A DNA stretch of 64,000 nucleotides from Octopus vulgaris (Eukaryota), in contig OX597817.1 in NCBI GenBank assembly GCA_951406725.2, forward strand, positions 15,934,001 through 15,998,000. The letters run 5' to 3'. A model generated the notes under the pieces. The model did not search any database, was not told the origin of the DNA, and saw only the letters and a program-made list of their open reading frames with translations. Positions 24,122 to 38,669 of this stretch are shown here, in pieces. The position numbers and the translations under genes were made by a program. Every line of letters begins with the position of its first letter. Within the stretch, counting starts at the first letter, position 1.

Positions 24122-25409
24122 TCTTGTCATCCCATAAGTTCTATCCGAATTTTGAATAAAGAAAACAAGTGATAAAATGTTATATTTAATTGAAATTTAA
24201 TCATCAATGTACTTTCCCTGATTATCTATGACTTCTTTCCATCTATTTACAAGCTTTTTAATACCATCAATGTAAAACTCTTTTGGTTTCAAAGCGAAGA
24301 ACTCTAAAATGTCAGTTTTGACTCCTCCTGGTTTGCAAAAGTTATGTCCCCCAAATGATTCTGTAAACTACGAAACAAATGGTAGTCTGAAGGAGCAAGG
24401 TCGGGAGAATAAGGCGGATGAGGAATTTTTTCCCAACCATGTTCTTCAATCTTCTGTGATGTGACCTTTGCAGTGTGAGGTCACGCATTGTCTTGACGAA
24501 ACATTACTCATTTTCAATTCACCAAAGTGGGTCTTTTTTTCTTTACAGCTTGGTTCAAACGCTCTAATTGCTGACAGTAGACTTGAGCATTGATTGTTAT
24601 ATTAGGTGGTAACAATTCAAAGTAAATTACTCCTTTGCAATCCCACTAGATAGAGCGAAGCACCTTTTTGCCCATGAAGTTCCCTTTTCGGTTGTGGTTG
24701 AGCTTTTTCCCTATTACCAAGCCACTGCTTACGACATTAAACATTTCGATAGAAGATCCATTTTTCGCCCCCAGTCACAAGTCTATCCAAAAAGGGTGAA
24801 ATGAGTTTGCTAGAATAGAGAGAAGAGCAGATGTCAACTCGGAATTTGCAGTTGCTTTTAGACAATTCATGAGGCACCCATTTTCCAAGTTTTGGAACCC
24901 TTCCAAGATGTTGAAGATGACGATGAACAGCTGTATGGTTTGAACTAAGCTTTATTGCCTATTCTTCAACTGATAATGCAGGATCTTCTTCAAGTAATGC
25001 CTCAAGGAGCTTATCATCAAACTCAACTGGATGTCCTGTTCGATCTTCATCTCCAAGGCTGAAATCGCCACTTCTGAATTTTGCAAACCATCTTCTGCAA
25101 GTTCTTTCATTCAAGCATTCTTTCCTATATACTGAATGCATGTTTCAAGACGCTTCTGCTGCAGAGTTTCGTTTTTTGTACTCATAAATCATTATGTGCC
25201 TCAAATGCTCTTTGGATTCTTCCATGTTAGAAAGAGTTTTAATCAAAGAAATTTTAATTCTATTATTCTGTAAAATAATAGTTAATTAGTTTAAATGTAC
25301 AGAAATGCATAAAAATAATTTTTAATTCCATTAGACATTCTAAAATACTATTAAATTTCATTCAATTTTAAAAAAGGTAAAATCGGACAGAACTTATGGG
25401 ATGACCTGA
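24122..25409 (-). mobile_element. Full-length mariner element (~1.29 kb) with decayed transposase
   Basis: TIRs GTCATCCCATAAGTTCT(A/G)TCCGA at both ends, TA flanks; ATG at 25225; WVPHEL and PYSPDLAPSDYHLF motifs. Confidence 0.9.
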
Positions 25410-25528
25410 TAGATAAAAATAATAATGGAATATAAAAAAAAAACATTTTTAAAAATTCAAAATATAATATAGTGAAAGCAATAGGCATTGAAAAGAGTTT
25501 TGGGTAACAGTTAGAGGAAAATAAGATG

Positions 25529-25618
25529 TTCCAACGATCGTTTCAGGAGTATGTTCGTCCAGATTACATATGAATCTTAAGATTCATTTCCATAGAATGC
25601 ACCCCCTCATCAGGGGAA
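25529..25618 (-). ncRNA. Type I hammerhead in pLTR downstream of GIY-YIG ORF
   Basis: CUGAUGA-GGGGGUG...UACUCCU-GAAAC-GAUC-GUU-GGAA; stem I imperfect. Confidence 0.7.
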
Positions 25619-25817
25619 AATAGTGTTTACACTAGATATGCATTTAGTTCCTTACCAGGTAGGAGATAATTTGGTGCTTTTATAGAAGAGTGGATAAAGC
25701 TATGTAAATTATGGAAGTTTTTATGAGAGCCAATGGCAGAAAAATTAGATTGTTTATTGACTTCCTTAAAATTTATATTTATATTGACAATATATTGTTG
25801 TGCAACAGAAAATATTG

Positions 25818-26279
25818 CTAAGTGGGTTCGAATTTAAATCGTCTCATAAAAGTTGAATAGTATATATGGTTGCAGGAATAAATAGAGTCAGAAAACTTAT
25901 TTAAAACAGTGGAATTAAACATGTAAAGGATAATGTATAATTCTTTTATACACAATCGGCATCTGCCAGTAATGGTATTGTATGGTGGGGCCTCATCCAT
26001 GATTGACCAGCACAATGTATAATTAATGTTCTGTACTTTTAAGGAGTGTATGTACCTGGCTAACACCATAGAAATTTTATGTTTTAACTTATTGAAGAAA
26101 TTTACATGTGTTCTATATCGGTTTTTGAAGTCTTTAGTGCTTCCTATGTATACCCTAACTTGATGTTTATTGTTTGTCACTGTACATTTATAGATTACAT
26201 TTTTGTGTAAACATAAACCCGCAAGTTGATGAGTATTGCAAACAATTTCCTGTGGACTCTTTAGATTCTTTAAGAACAA
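25818..26279 (-). pseudogene. Penelope-like GIY-YIG endonuclease fragment
   Basis: NVIYKC...VYIGST..FKNRYRTH...CRLCIKE...LN. Confidence 0.85.
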
Positions 26280-27655
26280 CTTATGGCAGATTTTTTGATG
26301 TAATACGATTTCAAAGTGAGCTCAATGTGATGTATTCAATGAAAGATTTTTAAAAACCAAGTGTAAGTCATTTAATGAGTTACATTAACAGCAGTGATCT
26401 TGTTGAAGCTATGCCAGAACTCTTCAATCTGTGCAAGTTGATTTTGACAATTCCGTCTACCACTGCTTCTGTAGAGCGATCCTTTTCTGCATTAAGTAGA
26501 ATTAAAACATACAAAAGAAATGCGACAGGAGAAAGAAGACTGTCTGGGTTAGCACTAATGTCAATTGAAAAAGATTTATTACAAGAATTGATGAAAAGAG
26601 AAGATTTCTATGAAAATGTGATAGATTTATTTGCCCAGAAAGATCGAAGAATTGAATTAATTTATAAAAGAGGTAAATAACATTTTAAATCATAAAAAAA
26701 ATTAATATATTAAATAGCATATATTACAGGTTTTGCTTAGTGTTTGTTATAACGAAAGGTTCGACCTTCTTACATCAGTATTGTTTCGCAGGAGAAATGT
26801 TTCGATTTCTTCGTCAAACCTAACCTACATAGATTTCCCTTTCTGTGCTGCTGGGTGTAGTCTATTTACGGCCGTAAATAAGTGTTTTGTTTCACTTTCA
26901 ATAAGTGTCTTGTTTCAATCTCAGAGATGTTGATTTCTGCCACAACAGTTTTGGGAGACTTTTTACAATGTTGAATTTTCGCTGTCTTTCATTGTGTGTG
27001 TATTCATGTATATGCGTGTATTTTCAATGTGTGTGCGTGAGGCGTAGTCCTTTAATGTACGGATTTCAGTAAGTCTCAGAACAGTCAATAATTTTCCCGG
27101 AATTGACAAGCAGCATGATAAAGCACCTGACTTGTCTTCGAGAGCGTAACGATCTAAAACCATGGCCATATAATGTAACCAAATGTGTTCTTTTAATTAA
27201 ATCATTTCATTCAGCTCAACCAATAGGTATAGGGGCTAATGCAGAATCGCACCTCTTTGAAAAACGAATTTTTGTGAAAAATTTTTTTCGGATTCCTACC
27301 TTTAACAGAGATTCTGAATATGCAAAAATTTTGACAGAATCGAATTTCATCTTTATTACATTTCACTTATGATTTTTAGACTTTTCTAAGGGAGAATGAG
27401 GATGGGAAAGTACTGACGTTTCGAAGAGCAAAGAATAATACAAACAATACACTTATTTCAGGCTCATCTCTACACAGCCATTTTTTTTATTCCCTGTTTA
27501 TTCTAGGTCATACGGGGGTGATTGCATATTCAGAATCTCTTATATGTAAATCGTAGGAATACGAAAATGTTTTACAGAAAAATTGCCAATGGGGGTGGGG
27601 TGGTGGCAATGAAATTCATTGCATGCCCAACGCCGGAAGTCACCGCACGCCACTG
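26280..27655 (+). mobile_element. hAT transposon 3' part (dimerisation domain 26375-26680; probable end ...GCACGCCACTG), with other sequence inserted
   Basis: LTIPSTTASVERSFSALSRIKTYKR...RLSGLALMSIE is the hAT dimerisation motif; link to the 27655 terminus is inferred. Confidence 0.7.
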
Positions 27656-27787
27656 ATATATACACACATATATATATATATACATATATATATATGCATA
27701 TACCTATATATATATATATACACACATATATATATATATACATATATCTATATATATATATACACACATATATATATATACATATAT

Positions 27788-27820
<33 letters not shown>

Positions 27821-28029
27821 TATGTATACATATATATATATACATATATACATGCATATACATATATATATGCATATATATATATGTATATTTTATTTGA
27901 TTTGTTTCAGTCTTTTAACCCCAGTACTTACACTTTGTGAGCCTAGTACTTATTCTATCAGTCTCTTTTGCCGAACCACTGGGTTAAACGGATGGAAACA
28001 CACCAACATGTATACATACATACATACAT

Positions 28030-28080
<51 letters not shown>

Positions 28081-28359
28081 TATATATACCTATGTATATA
28101 TACATATGGATATATATACATATGTATATATATATAAATCTATATATACATACGTATATATAAATATATGTGTGTATTTTCCCTCGTTAACAATTAACAC
28201 GGAAAAATAGATAAATAGTTACCAAGGTAGCAAAAAATCACACAAGAGATTGTAACTCCTTGTTTTTAAAGGTAGAAACTTCGGGTTTACGTGAAATTTT
28301 TTGTATAATATATAAATAAATAAATGGAGTTTAACGCAGGTGTAATTCAAATACTTTTC

Positions 28360-28446
28360 CCTCCGACACATGTTTCGAAGATATCATTGATATTATTCCA
28401 AAGGAATAAAATGGTGTAAAACAATGTAATCTTCTCTTCAGGGAAG
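28360..28446 (-). ncRNA. Type I hammerhead ribozyme in a solo pLTR-like insert (about 28180-28680)
   Basis: CUUCC-CUGAAGA-GAAGAU...AUCUUC-GAAAC-AUGU-GUC-GGAGG. Confidence 0.85.
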
Positions 28447-28708
28447 TGAAGAAATGAAACTCGTCGATAAGACATTTTAACAGAAAATGATCGATATGTA
28501 TAGTGAACGCTATTGTTTGAAAAAACGTTATATGATATAACGTCAGAGGTAGCCTATAGAAAGAGGAGGGATAAATTAAGGAAAAGTTAAATAAATGAGA
28601 AGTATATGACTATATGTATATTAAATAAAACCTTATAAACTAGGAAAATATATTTATACTCGTCTTATTGACGAGTATATATATGTACGTATATATATGT
28701 ATATGTAT

Positions 28709-30380
28709 TCCCAGCAATCCTTCTAAAAGTATGTAAGAGAGTCCTAGCAAGAACACTGCAGTTCCTCTTTCAGAGCTTCCTTGCAACTGGCAAACTTCCA
28801 AGAAAACTGAAGGAAGGTAAAATATGCCCTATTCATAAAGGAGGTAGCAGAGCGGAGGCCAAGTACTACATACCTATCTCTCTGACCTCACACATCAGCA
28901 AGGCCATGGAACGAATAGTCAGAAGGAAAATAATCACCTTCTTTGAAGAAAATGACTTGCTGCCTGACACCCAGCATGGTTTCCGACCAGGAAGAAGCTG
29001 CCTAACTCAGCTCCTACAACACTATGACTGGGTGCTGAAATGACTGCTCAACCACTCAAATGTGGAAGTCATATATCTCGACTTTGCAAAGGCCTTTGAT
29101 TAAGTCGATCATGGAATGATATGTCACAAACTGCATGATCTTGGCATAGTTGGAAAATTGGGAGAATGGCTTCATGACTTTCTGAAGGATAGAAGCCAGG
29201 TGGTAGCAGCCAATGGGGTCACTTCCATTAACACGCAAATAGTTAGCGGTGTTCCGCAAGGCACTGTTTTGGGACCACTACTGTTCATAATGGCCCTCTC
29301 AGACATGCCCTCAGCCACGCAGAGAGCCACGATCACAAGTTATGCAGATGATACAAAAGTTTCGCAGGCAATACAGAACCCTGAAGACACTATGCACCTG
29401 CAATGTGAGCTGGACAAAATATACAAGTGGGCTGAAAAGAATAGCATGCAGTTCAATGTTGAAAAGTTTCAAGCTTTATGATATCAGCATGCAAAACTAA
29501 ATGCAATACTCAATAAATACACGGGACCTGGAGGGATTGCAATCCCAGAGGAACAATCAGTGCGAGACCTGGGTATTTACATGAGTGATGATGCAACCTT
29601 TCATGGGCATGTTGCTAAATTAGCAATGAAATGTAGGCGGCTGATCGGATGGATTCTTAGAACCTTTAGAACAAGAGACCAGGAAACCATGATGGTCCTC
29701 TGGAGGACACTTGTCCTAAGCCACTTTGACTATTGATTTCAGCTATGGTCACCATCCAGTGTCAAGTTAATCACAGAACTTGAGGCGATCCAACGAAGCT
29801 ACACGAAGAAGATAGCCTCTGTGCAACATATAAGCTACTAGGAAAGACTCAAGAGATTAAGACTCTATTCCTTAGAGCGTAGGCGAGAAAGATATGCCAA
29901 AATATACATATGGAAGATCCTAGAAGGACTTGTCCCAAACTTTGGCATCGAGAGTTACACAAATACTAGAACTGGGCGCCACTGCATAGTGCAAGGACTC
30001 CAAATTTTCCATCAAGATGCAGGACAAGATACTGTGTAGCCTGGGCTTCAGAGGCCCACAGCTCTTCAATATCCTTCCGAAGAACCTGAGAGACCTGCAT
30101 GGGGTGGATGCAGATGTCTTTAAAATAAAACTGGATCTCTTCCTGTCAGGTGTCCCGGATGAACCAACTTCCCGACAGGAGATGCAGATGAGGGCAGCTG
30201 CATCGAACTCTCTCATGCCCCAAATGGCAATTGCTAAAAAGCATTCGTGAAGTAAAATCATGTAGCAACACCAAATGGCGGTGCCCCAGCATGGCCACAG
30301 CTCGTGAGCTGAAACTAGATAAAATAAATAAAAATAGATAAAAATAAATAAATAAAAAATAATAAAAATAAAAAATAAAA
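28709..30380 (+). mobile_element. CR1-clade LINE, 5'-truncated RT pseudogene
   Basis: QHGFRPGRSC, YLDFAKAFD, SGVPQGTVLGPLLF, YADDTK, LYSLERRR; several stops. Confidence 0.9.
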
Positions 30381-30493
30381 TTATATATATATATATATAT
30401 ATGTATGGATATATAGCATGTATGCATATATGTATAAATATATAAATATATGTATAAATATATAAATATATGTATATATATATATGACCATGG

Positions 30494-30547
<54 letters not shown>

Positions 30548-30564
30548 GCATATATATATGTATA

Positions 30565-30601
<37 letters not shown>

Positions 30602-30692
30602 GCATATATATATGTATATGCATATATATATTATGTGAATGGATATATATATATCCATGGATATATATATATATGTTTGGATATATATATAT

Positions 30693-31110
30693 ACTCTTTT
30701 TACTCTCTTTTACTTATTTCAGTCATTTGACTGTGACCATGCTGGAGCACCGCCTTTTGTCGAGCAAATCGACCCCAGGACTTATTCTTTGTAAGCCTAG
30801 TACTTATTCTATCGGTCTCTTTTGCCAAACCGCTAAGTTACAGGGACGTAAACACACCAGCATCGGTAGTCAAGCGATGTGGGGGGGGGAGCACAGATAC
30901 ACAATCACACACACACACTTATATATATATATATATGTACATATATACGACAGGCTTCTTTCAGGTTCCGCCTACCAAATCCACTCAGTAGGTTTTGGTC
31001 GGCCCGAGGCTATAGTAGAAGACACTTTCCCAAGGTGCCACGCAGTGGGACTGAACCCGGAACCATGTGGCTGGTAAACAAGCTACTTACCACAAAGCCA
31101 CTCCTGCGCC
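30693..31110 (-). mobile_element. SINE family A
   Basis: Match to other copies. Confidence 0.85.
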
Positions 31111-31172
31111 TATATATATATATATGTATATATATAAACACACACACACACACACATATATACATACATGCC

Positions 31173-31219
<47 letters not shown>

Positions 31220-31221
<2 letters not shown>

Positions 31222-32414
31222 AGTGAGAATTTACAAAGAAAACAGAAGACGAAGACGGGTGTGTAAGCAACAAACGATGTATTAATTTACTGAAATGAGA
31301 GAATGCTTTCTATGTTTCGAGCCTATGCTCTTCGACAGAAAGGAACACAGGAACAAACAGAGAGAGAAAATAGAAAAAGTTTTACTGTCTACCGATCTAT
31401 CATGGCGAACGCCGGTTAGAGGGATCATACAGGAGACTAGGAAAAAGAGAAAACAAACAATAAAGTAGTGGTGATCCCAAAACGAAGATGTGCGTGTGTA
31501 TGTGAGAGCATTTATTTGCGTGTGGAAGGGGGATGGTGAACTTGACGTGTGTATGTGTAGGTGTGTGGATGATGGTGTGGGTGCTAGAAGTGGTTAGTGC
31601 TAGCGTGTACAGGGTGGTGTGGTGATGTGGTGGTGTTGGGGTGTGGGGCAGGTGAGAGTGGGGAAGCAAGGGTGGGGTTGGAATGGGATGTATAAGGATG
31701 GTAGGCTGGAATGTGTAGAGGTGAGGTAATGAGTGAAGAGAGGAAGTCGGTGTCGGAGCAAAAGAGAACTGGGTGGGAGTAAGTAGATGTGAGAGGAAGA
31801 GGGTTAGATGAAGAGGGGAGGAAAGTTGAGCCCATGTGATGCAAAGGAGCAAAGAGAGAAGATTAATCCCTGCTCCCAGCGAAGATGGGAGTCCGGATGG
31901 CACCTGTGCAAGGACAATCCGAACACAGACAGGTGTTGTAAAGTGTGACCGGTAGAGCCGAAATGGCGCGAGACAGGGGTGTCGTTACTGAGTTTGATGT
32001 CTTGGAGGTGTTCCACGAGCTGGTCAGCCAAGCGGCGTCCCGTTTGACCTATGTATAGATGAAGGACAGAGAGAGCAGGAGATGCAGTAGATGATGTTGC
32101 TAGAAATGCAGGCGAAGGAGTCAGTGATATGATAGGGTCGATGATTGGTGCCTGTGAGGAGGGTGTTGTTGGAGAGGTAAGGGGGAAACGGGAGACGGGT
32201 GACGGCGGGGCAGGTGCTGGAGGAGAGATAAGATGCATGGTTCACAGAACATGCACTGGCAAAGGCGGTGTGGATAGTGGTGAGGGGATATCCACGCAGG
32301 AAGAAGTGACAAGCCATGAGTTGAGACTGAATCTCAAAGTCATGGTTGTTACGGCAAAGCCTGCGTAGACGGATAAATGGGGATGGAGAGCTTGGGGTGT
32401 TTAGGGTGGGAACC
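31220..32414 (-). mobile_element. Penelope-like (Neptune-type) 3' fragment with pLTR; same family as 45810-48000
   Basis: NIIYCISC, LYIGQTGRRLA, HGLNFPPLFI; HHR-like motif at 31306-31342. Confidence 0.85.
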
Positions 32415-33130
32415 CATACATACATACATACATACATACATACATACATACATACATACAAACATACATACATACATACATACATACATACATACATACA
32501 TACATACAAACATACATACAAACATACAAACAAACAAACATACATACATACATACATACATACAAACAAACATACATACATACATACATACATACATACA
32601 TACATACATACATACATACAAACATACAAACATACATACAAACATACATACATACAAACATACATACATATACATACATACATACATACATACATAATAC
32701 TTACATACAAACATACATACATACATACATACATGCGTACATACCTACATACATATAGTAATTTAAATAATTTGGGAGCAACGAATTACCAAATAAATCA
32801 GGCACAACCCTTTAGCATTACATGCATCTGTATATTGTACTGTGGGATCTTGATTATCATATATTTATCTAGAAATATACAAAATGTCGGAGCACTGCAT
32901 CCTTCAAAATTTCCATGCTTCCTGAGATTCGCCAACACTACACCTGATTTTCTCCCCTCCATACACACAAGCAAGCATCTATCTGACTCATACGCTGTTC
33001 GCTTCCCAGACATTTGTACATTACTGCATATGCTTTATACGCACTTTTGGCAAGTTGTGGTGCACCTGAGTACTGTATACAATCATTTCATTATTTCAAA
33101 ATATACAATAGAAAGCAATAATAATAATGA

Positions 33131-33499
33131 CTAGCAGTATCGCCCGGCGTTACTCGGGTTTGTAAGGGAAATAACTATAAAGCATTTTTAGATAGTTATA
33201 GCCAAAAAATGGGAAAAAAATTATGGTAAATTTTTTTGAGAGTTAAAAAGGTGGAGTTGCGTCCCCTAGACGGTCTGTGGTTTGTGTTTCTGATTGTCGA
33301 CCCCATGTCGAGTTTATCGATTTTCAGAACTAGGGGAACTTTTCAAAATTTTCGCTGCGTTAGTTTTGAATTATGACATTGGGCTATGTGTGTGTCAAGT
33401 TTCATCAGAATCGGTTGAAAGCCGTGGTCAGAGTGAGGGTACAACCAAACAGACACACAGAAATACACACAGACAAACTGCCGTTTATATAGAGAGAGA
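33131..33499 (-). mobile_element. Non-autonomous Helitron (different 5' part)
   Basis: Same 3' hairpin plus CTAG end as 13628-14025. Confidence 0.75.
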
Positions 33500-33750
33500 T
33501 GATTAATAGATATGCGGGTATTTAATTTCAGATAATGTAAAAAAATAACCAAATGAGTATATCGTGATATCTATTTGCACATCATGAAATAATACTTTAA
33601 AGGATATAACCAGTATACCACCAGGTGATAAAATATAATTCCTTAATTATCTCATACTTAAGTTAAAATTAAAATTATCAATTATGCAGGAACTACACAG
33701 GTTTCAGTATTGGAAGATTATAACATATATATATATATATATATATATAC

Positions 33751-33835
<85 letters not shown>

Positions 33836-33840
<5 letters not shown>

Positions 33841-36800
33841 GAAAGCAACAAACAAAATTAACAGAATCAGAAAGAATTCTAATGGAAATTTCATCGAAAT
33901 TATCAACACTCATCACGATGATTGACACACAATCCTCTATTTTAAAGGAAATAGAAAAACAGTCTACAGACGGAAAACTTGGAAATGAACATATAAACTC
34001 TGAAATTAAGAATTTAGCTGAAATGATACCAACAATTATAAAATCTACAAGAGAAAGCCTACCACAACCTCCTTGGATGTCAGAAATAAACGAAAGAAAT
34101 CTGGAAAAAGAGGCACACCGAAAAAGAGAAGAGATACGGAAGACATGGAAAAAACTCCTTAACATAAGAAAACAAAACTTCTGGAAGGCATATAAATGCG
34201 AAAAATATGCTGAAATACATTCGGAATGGATATCTTTAGCAGCACCCATACTTCCTCGGAAGTACCTAATTAATGAAATTGCAGGAGAACCAGAGGAAGA
34301 AACAAAACTAGTTTGATAAAATTCAGGACCGACATCTCCATTACCCTGTCTGAACAATCCCGCTACAAAGCCAAATACGAAGCTATCGATGATCAAATCA
34401 GAGACGAAATATCCAAACTAACGACCGGCAATATAGCAGAAAAAATGCAAGAACTATGGACCAGAGATATCTCAAAAGAACAAAGCATATCAAGAAAGTT
34501 TTGGCAGCGGAAACAATTATTTCTCGACAAATATGCTACAAATTACGGTAAAGACACCAGAACTCTGAGAAATAGCATTAAAAGTGGACAACCTCACCAA
34601 CGCAACATACGCCAGAACACGTGGCAACATGAACACCCGTTTCACCACGAATCGAAGACGAACTACGGTAAGAACTCTTCCCTTTTTGTATGCAAACACC
34701 CTAATGCACACAACATGAACAAAAAGCACAAACAAAATAGATATTCTTTTGATCATACCATTAGCAGTAGAAATAACAGGAGATCATTTTCAAGACCTCA
34801 ACAGAGATTACCCACAAGAAACTGGACGAAAAACCGATCTAGATCTGGAAGTAAACCCAGATCATTTCCCCAGGTGGTTAAAAACAATACTAACAAGAAA
34901 TTGAAAAATAGTATACATAATACCAAAAACAAAACTGAAAACATAACGAAACTGAAAACATACCACAACCAAAACGCAAAATTCATCAAGCAAACATCAA
35001 CAGGAATATAAATCATAAACAGAAAAAAATCCATTTTTTTACGTCAGGACAACAAACACCGGAGAAAGAAAAAAATCCAAGAGGAAACATACCCAAAACA
35101 ACTGAACGTATAGATCCTAAAATAATTAATTTATCAAAAAGAGATCTTGACAATGATGAAATCCAACTTCTGTCAAAAGGACTGAAATTCACACCTACAC
35201 CAACAGCCAACCACCAAGAATTAAAGGAGGATATCCAAAAATTCTGTCGAAAATTACGATTTGTAGAATTCTTCGCTAACAAAAGTAATGAGATTGATGA
35301 ATCCCTAGTAAGGAATAAATCAAATTTCACCCCACCAAAAGGAAGAAATAACTATCTTGACCAATACATTGATATCCTGTCTAAATTTCCCCTTAGACAC
35401 AAAACCAATGTTAGGCCAAACATCAACAAATCAGAGATGTCTGCATGTAAACGTATACAAAACGATCAAACAATAATAATTAAACAAGCAGATAAAGGTG
35501 GGGCAATTATTATTATGGATACAGAATACTATAAGGATTTGGTTGAGGACCAACTGAAGGACACAACCTTCTATTGTGAAATACCCTCAAATACAGACCA
35601 CCACATCATGAAAAAGATCAACAACCTAATCTCAAAACACTACAACTCACTTATCGATAATGGAAGAGACTACATCACCAATTTCGAACCAAAACCCAGC
35701 AACTTCTACGGCTTACCGAAAATACATAAATCAAAAGATATTCAACAGGCAGTAAAAGAACAAGAAAGTGAGTACATAAAATTACTACATCCAAAAGACC
35801 TAAAACTTAGACCTATCATAGCTGGTCCAGCATGCCCTACCCACCGACTAAGCAATTTTATTGACATTGTTTTGAAACCACTATGTACTTACATACCCAG
35901 TTTCATCAGGGATGACATCGACTTCCTGTTCCATCTTCCCAAAACAACAGAAACAAATTCAGTTTTACTAAGTTTTGATGCGGTAAGCCTCTACACCAAT
36001 ATTCCAAACGATTTAGGAATAAAGGCGATTAAATACTGGTTAGGAAGACATAGAAAAGTGATTCCCAGCAGACTCACAGTGCCATTTATATTAGACACAG
36101 TCAAACTTATTCTAGAAAACAACACATTCTTCTTCAATGGAAAGAATTACATCCAAATTAGAGGCACGGCAATGGGAACGAGGTTTGCTCCCGTTTACGC
36201 CAACTCTGTAATGGGATACTTAGAACAACAACTCTACCAAGGTGGGAGGTAAACTATGGCACTGGATTTAGAAAGTATATTGAAAAGGCATGGAAGAGAT
36301 ACCTTGACGACTGCTTAATAATCTGGACAGAATCTCTAAATACTCTGGAAGAGTTCAATATCCTCCTGAACAACCTACACCCATCTCTCCAATTTACAAA
36401 GGAGATGAGTAGTACCAAATTACCATTCCTAGATATAATGGGAATTAAAAAAGACACCACCATCACCACAGATATATACTATAAACACACAGACACACAT
36501 CAATACCTAAATTTTAAGTCGTGCCATCCACCACATACAAAACGCAACATCCCATACTGCCTAGCCAGAAGGATTTTTACCATTATAGAAGATGCAAATA
36601 TCAGGAACAAACGCCTAACAGAACTAAGAGAATTTTTGCTCAAACAAAAATACCCATCTCTACTTATAGAAAATGGCATGCAGCGGGCTATAAAAATACC
36701 CATACAACAACTTAGGACAACCCAAGGAAGAGGAAAACAAGAACGAGTCATACCATTCATAGTGACACACAACCCATGTCACCAGAATATCTTCAACATT

Positions 36801-37945
36801 GCCAAAGCAAACCTACCAATCATTGCCCAAAGTAATAAATTAAAAGACATAATCACGGATCGAGCTATGGTTCTTAGTAAAAGACAGCCTAAAAACTTGA
36901 AAAAATTACTAACAAAGGCAAAATTTGACCTTAGCAACAAAGACCAAACATTCACTGTATCTAAATGCAATGATAGCCGATGTGGCACATGCCAATTCAT
37001 ACATACCGGCCAATATATAAACACAAAAACCGGGAAAATATTCACAAACGCGAATATGAACTCCAAAAGCAGAAATTTAATTTACTGCATCAAATGCCCA
37101 AATTGTGAAGAAATATATGTAGGTCAGACGGGAAATGCACTATCAGAACGCTCTAGTGTACACCGACAACAGATTAGAGACCCAGAGGTCCGTCAGATAC
37201 CTTTGAGTAACCACCTAGCAACATGTGGTCGGAAAATATATATAATATTTACATTCTACAAATTACACAGCCCAAGTGAAATCGAGAGGAAAATCAGAGA
37301 AAAGAATTTTATTGATAAATTCGAACCCAAGCTAAATAAGCAATAATAATAATACTTAGATAGCAGGGAAATTATCTTATTTAGGGTTAAAAGTTCTATT
37401 GCCACCACCATCACCACTAGCAACAATAATTAAGGTGCTGATAATGATGATGATGACAATTGAAATATAAAAATATAAAAATCTCTGACAAAGGCTATTT
37501 ACAACATTTCTAAAAATAGCCCAACAATTGTTGCCTCGGCCAGGGTTAAGATACAGGACTCTTGACATGTCCAACAAAGCGTGACGCCTAAACCAATCAG
37601 TTCAACCAAACAATCAGCTTAAGTAATTGAGTGATACTACACACTGATTGGTCAGAATACAGTTTGCAAAACCTAGCAATACAGCCTACACAGCTGTATT
37701 TAAGGCACAGATTCATTCATCTCGCTACAGTCAAAAATTGTGAAGCATGACTGTCACCACTACTACATGAACCTGAAGATTGCAGAATTTAATGCATGAA
37801 AGTACTAGTTCAATCAGCATGAACATTTAACATTCTATTATTTTATTTTATTTTATTATATTATCTTATATCATTATAAGATTGTAAATAAAACGTGAAA
37901 ATCAGACAAGGTTGGAATTCCTTTTATTAATATATTCTTCTATAC
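33836..37945 (+). mobile_element. Near-full-length Penelope-like element (Neptune-type): RT plus GIY-YIG, few disruptions
   Basis: KQADKGG, FYGLPKIHK, SFDAVSLYTNIP, GTAMG, RYLDD, CxxxxCxxC linker, NLIYCIKC...IYVGQTG; ORF pieces 33836-37346; (TA)n on both sides. Confidence 0.92.
37768..37812 (+). ncRNA. Minimal type I hammerhead in PLE pLTR
   Basis: UGAAC-CUGAAGA-UUGCA...UGCAU-GAA-AGUACU-A-GUUCA. Confidence 0.8.
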
Positions 37946-37961
37946 ACAATCACACACACCC

Positions 37962-38032
<71 letters not shown>

Positions 38033-38121
38033 CATACATACATGCAATCATCAAATTTACAGTTCTACCTTTTTGATGATTGCACAAACACACACACACG
38101 CATATATACATTTATATATTC

Positions 38122-38220
<99 letters not shown>

Positions 38221-38235
38221 TCATATATATATATA

Positions 38236-38608
38236 TAAGCTCCACGAGGCTCCGGCAGAGGTGGGGTGAACCCTGCTGTACTCTTTCACCACAACTGCCT
38301 CTCACTCTTCCTGTATTTCAAAGGGCCAGCCTTGGCACACTCTGTGTCAAGCTGAATCTGCCCGAGAACTACGTTAAGGGTATACGTGTCTGTGGAGTGC
38401 TCAGCCACTTGCACGTTAATAAAGGAGCTGCGATGTAACTGGTACCAAGCTGTATCGGCCTTTGCCTTTCCCTTGGATAACATCGGTGGCGAGGAGAGGG
38501 GAGGCTGGTATGCGTGCGCGACTGCTGGTCTTCCATAAACAACCTTGCCCAGACTTGTGCATCGGAGGGTAAATTTCTAGTTGCAATCGCTTGGTCATTC
38601 ATGACCGA
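38236..38608 (+). mobile_element. SINE family C, 5'-truncated
   Basis: 3' ~160 bp homologous to the SINE at 61405-61705. Confidence 0.6.
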
Positions 38609-38669
38609 ATATATATTTATACATATATATATATATAATATATATATTATATATTATATTATATATATT

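Noticed and set aside
26375-26680. Domesticated ZMYM/hAT-derived host gene
   Set aside because: Upstream part is interrupted by stops and truncated by a PLE; better explained as a transposon fragment
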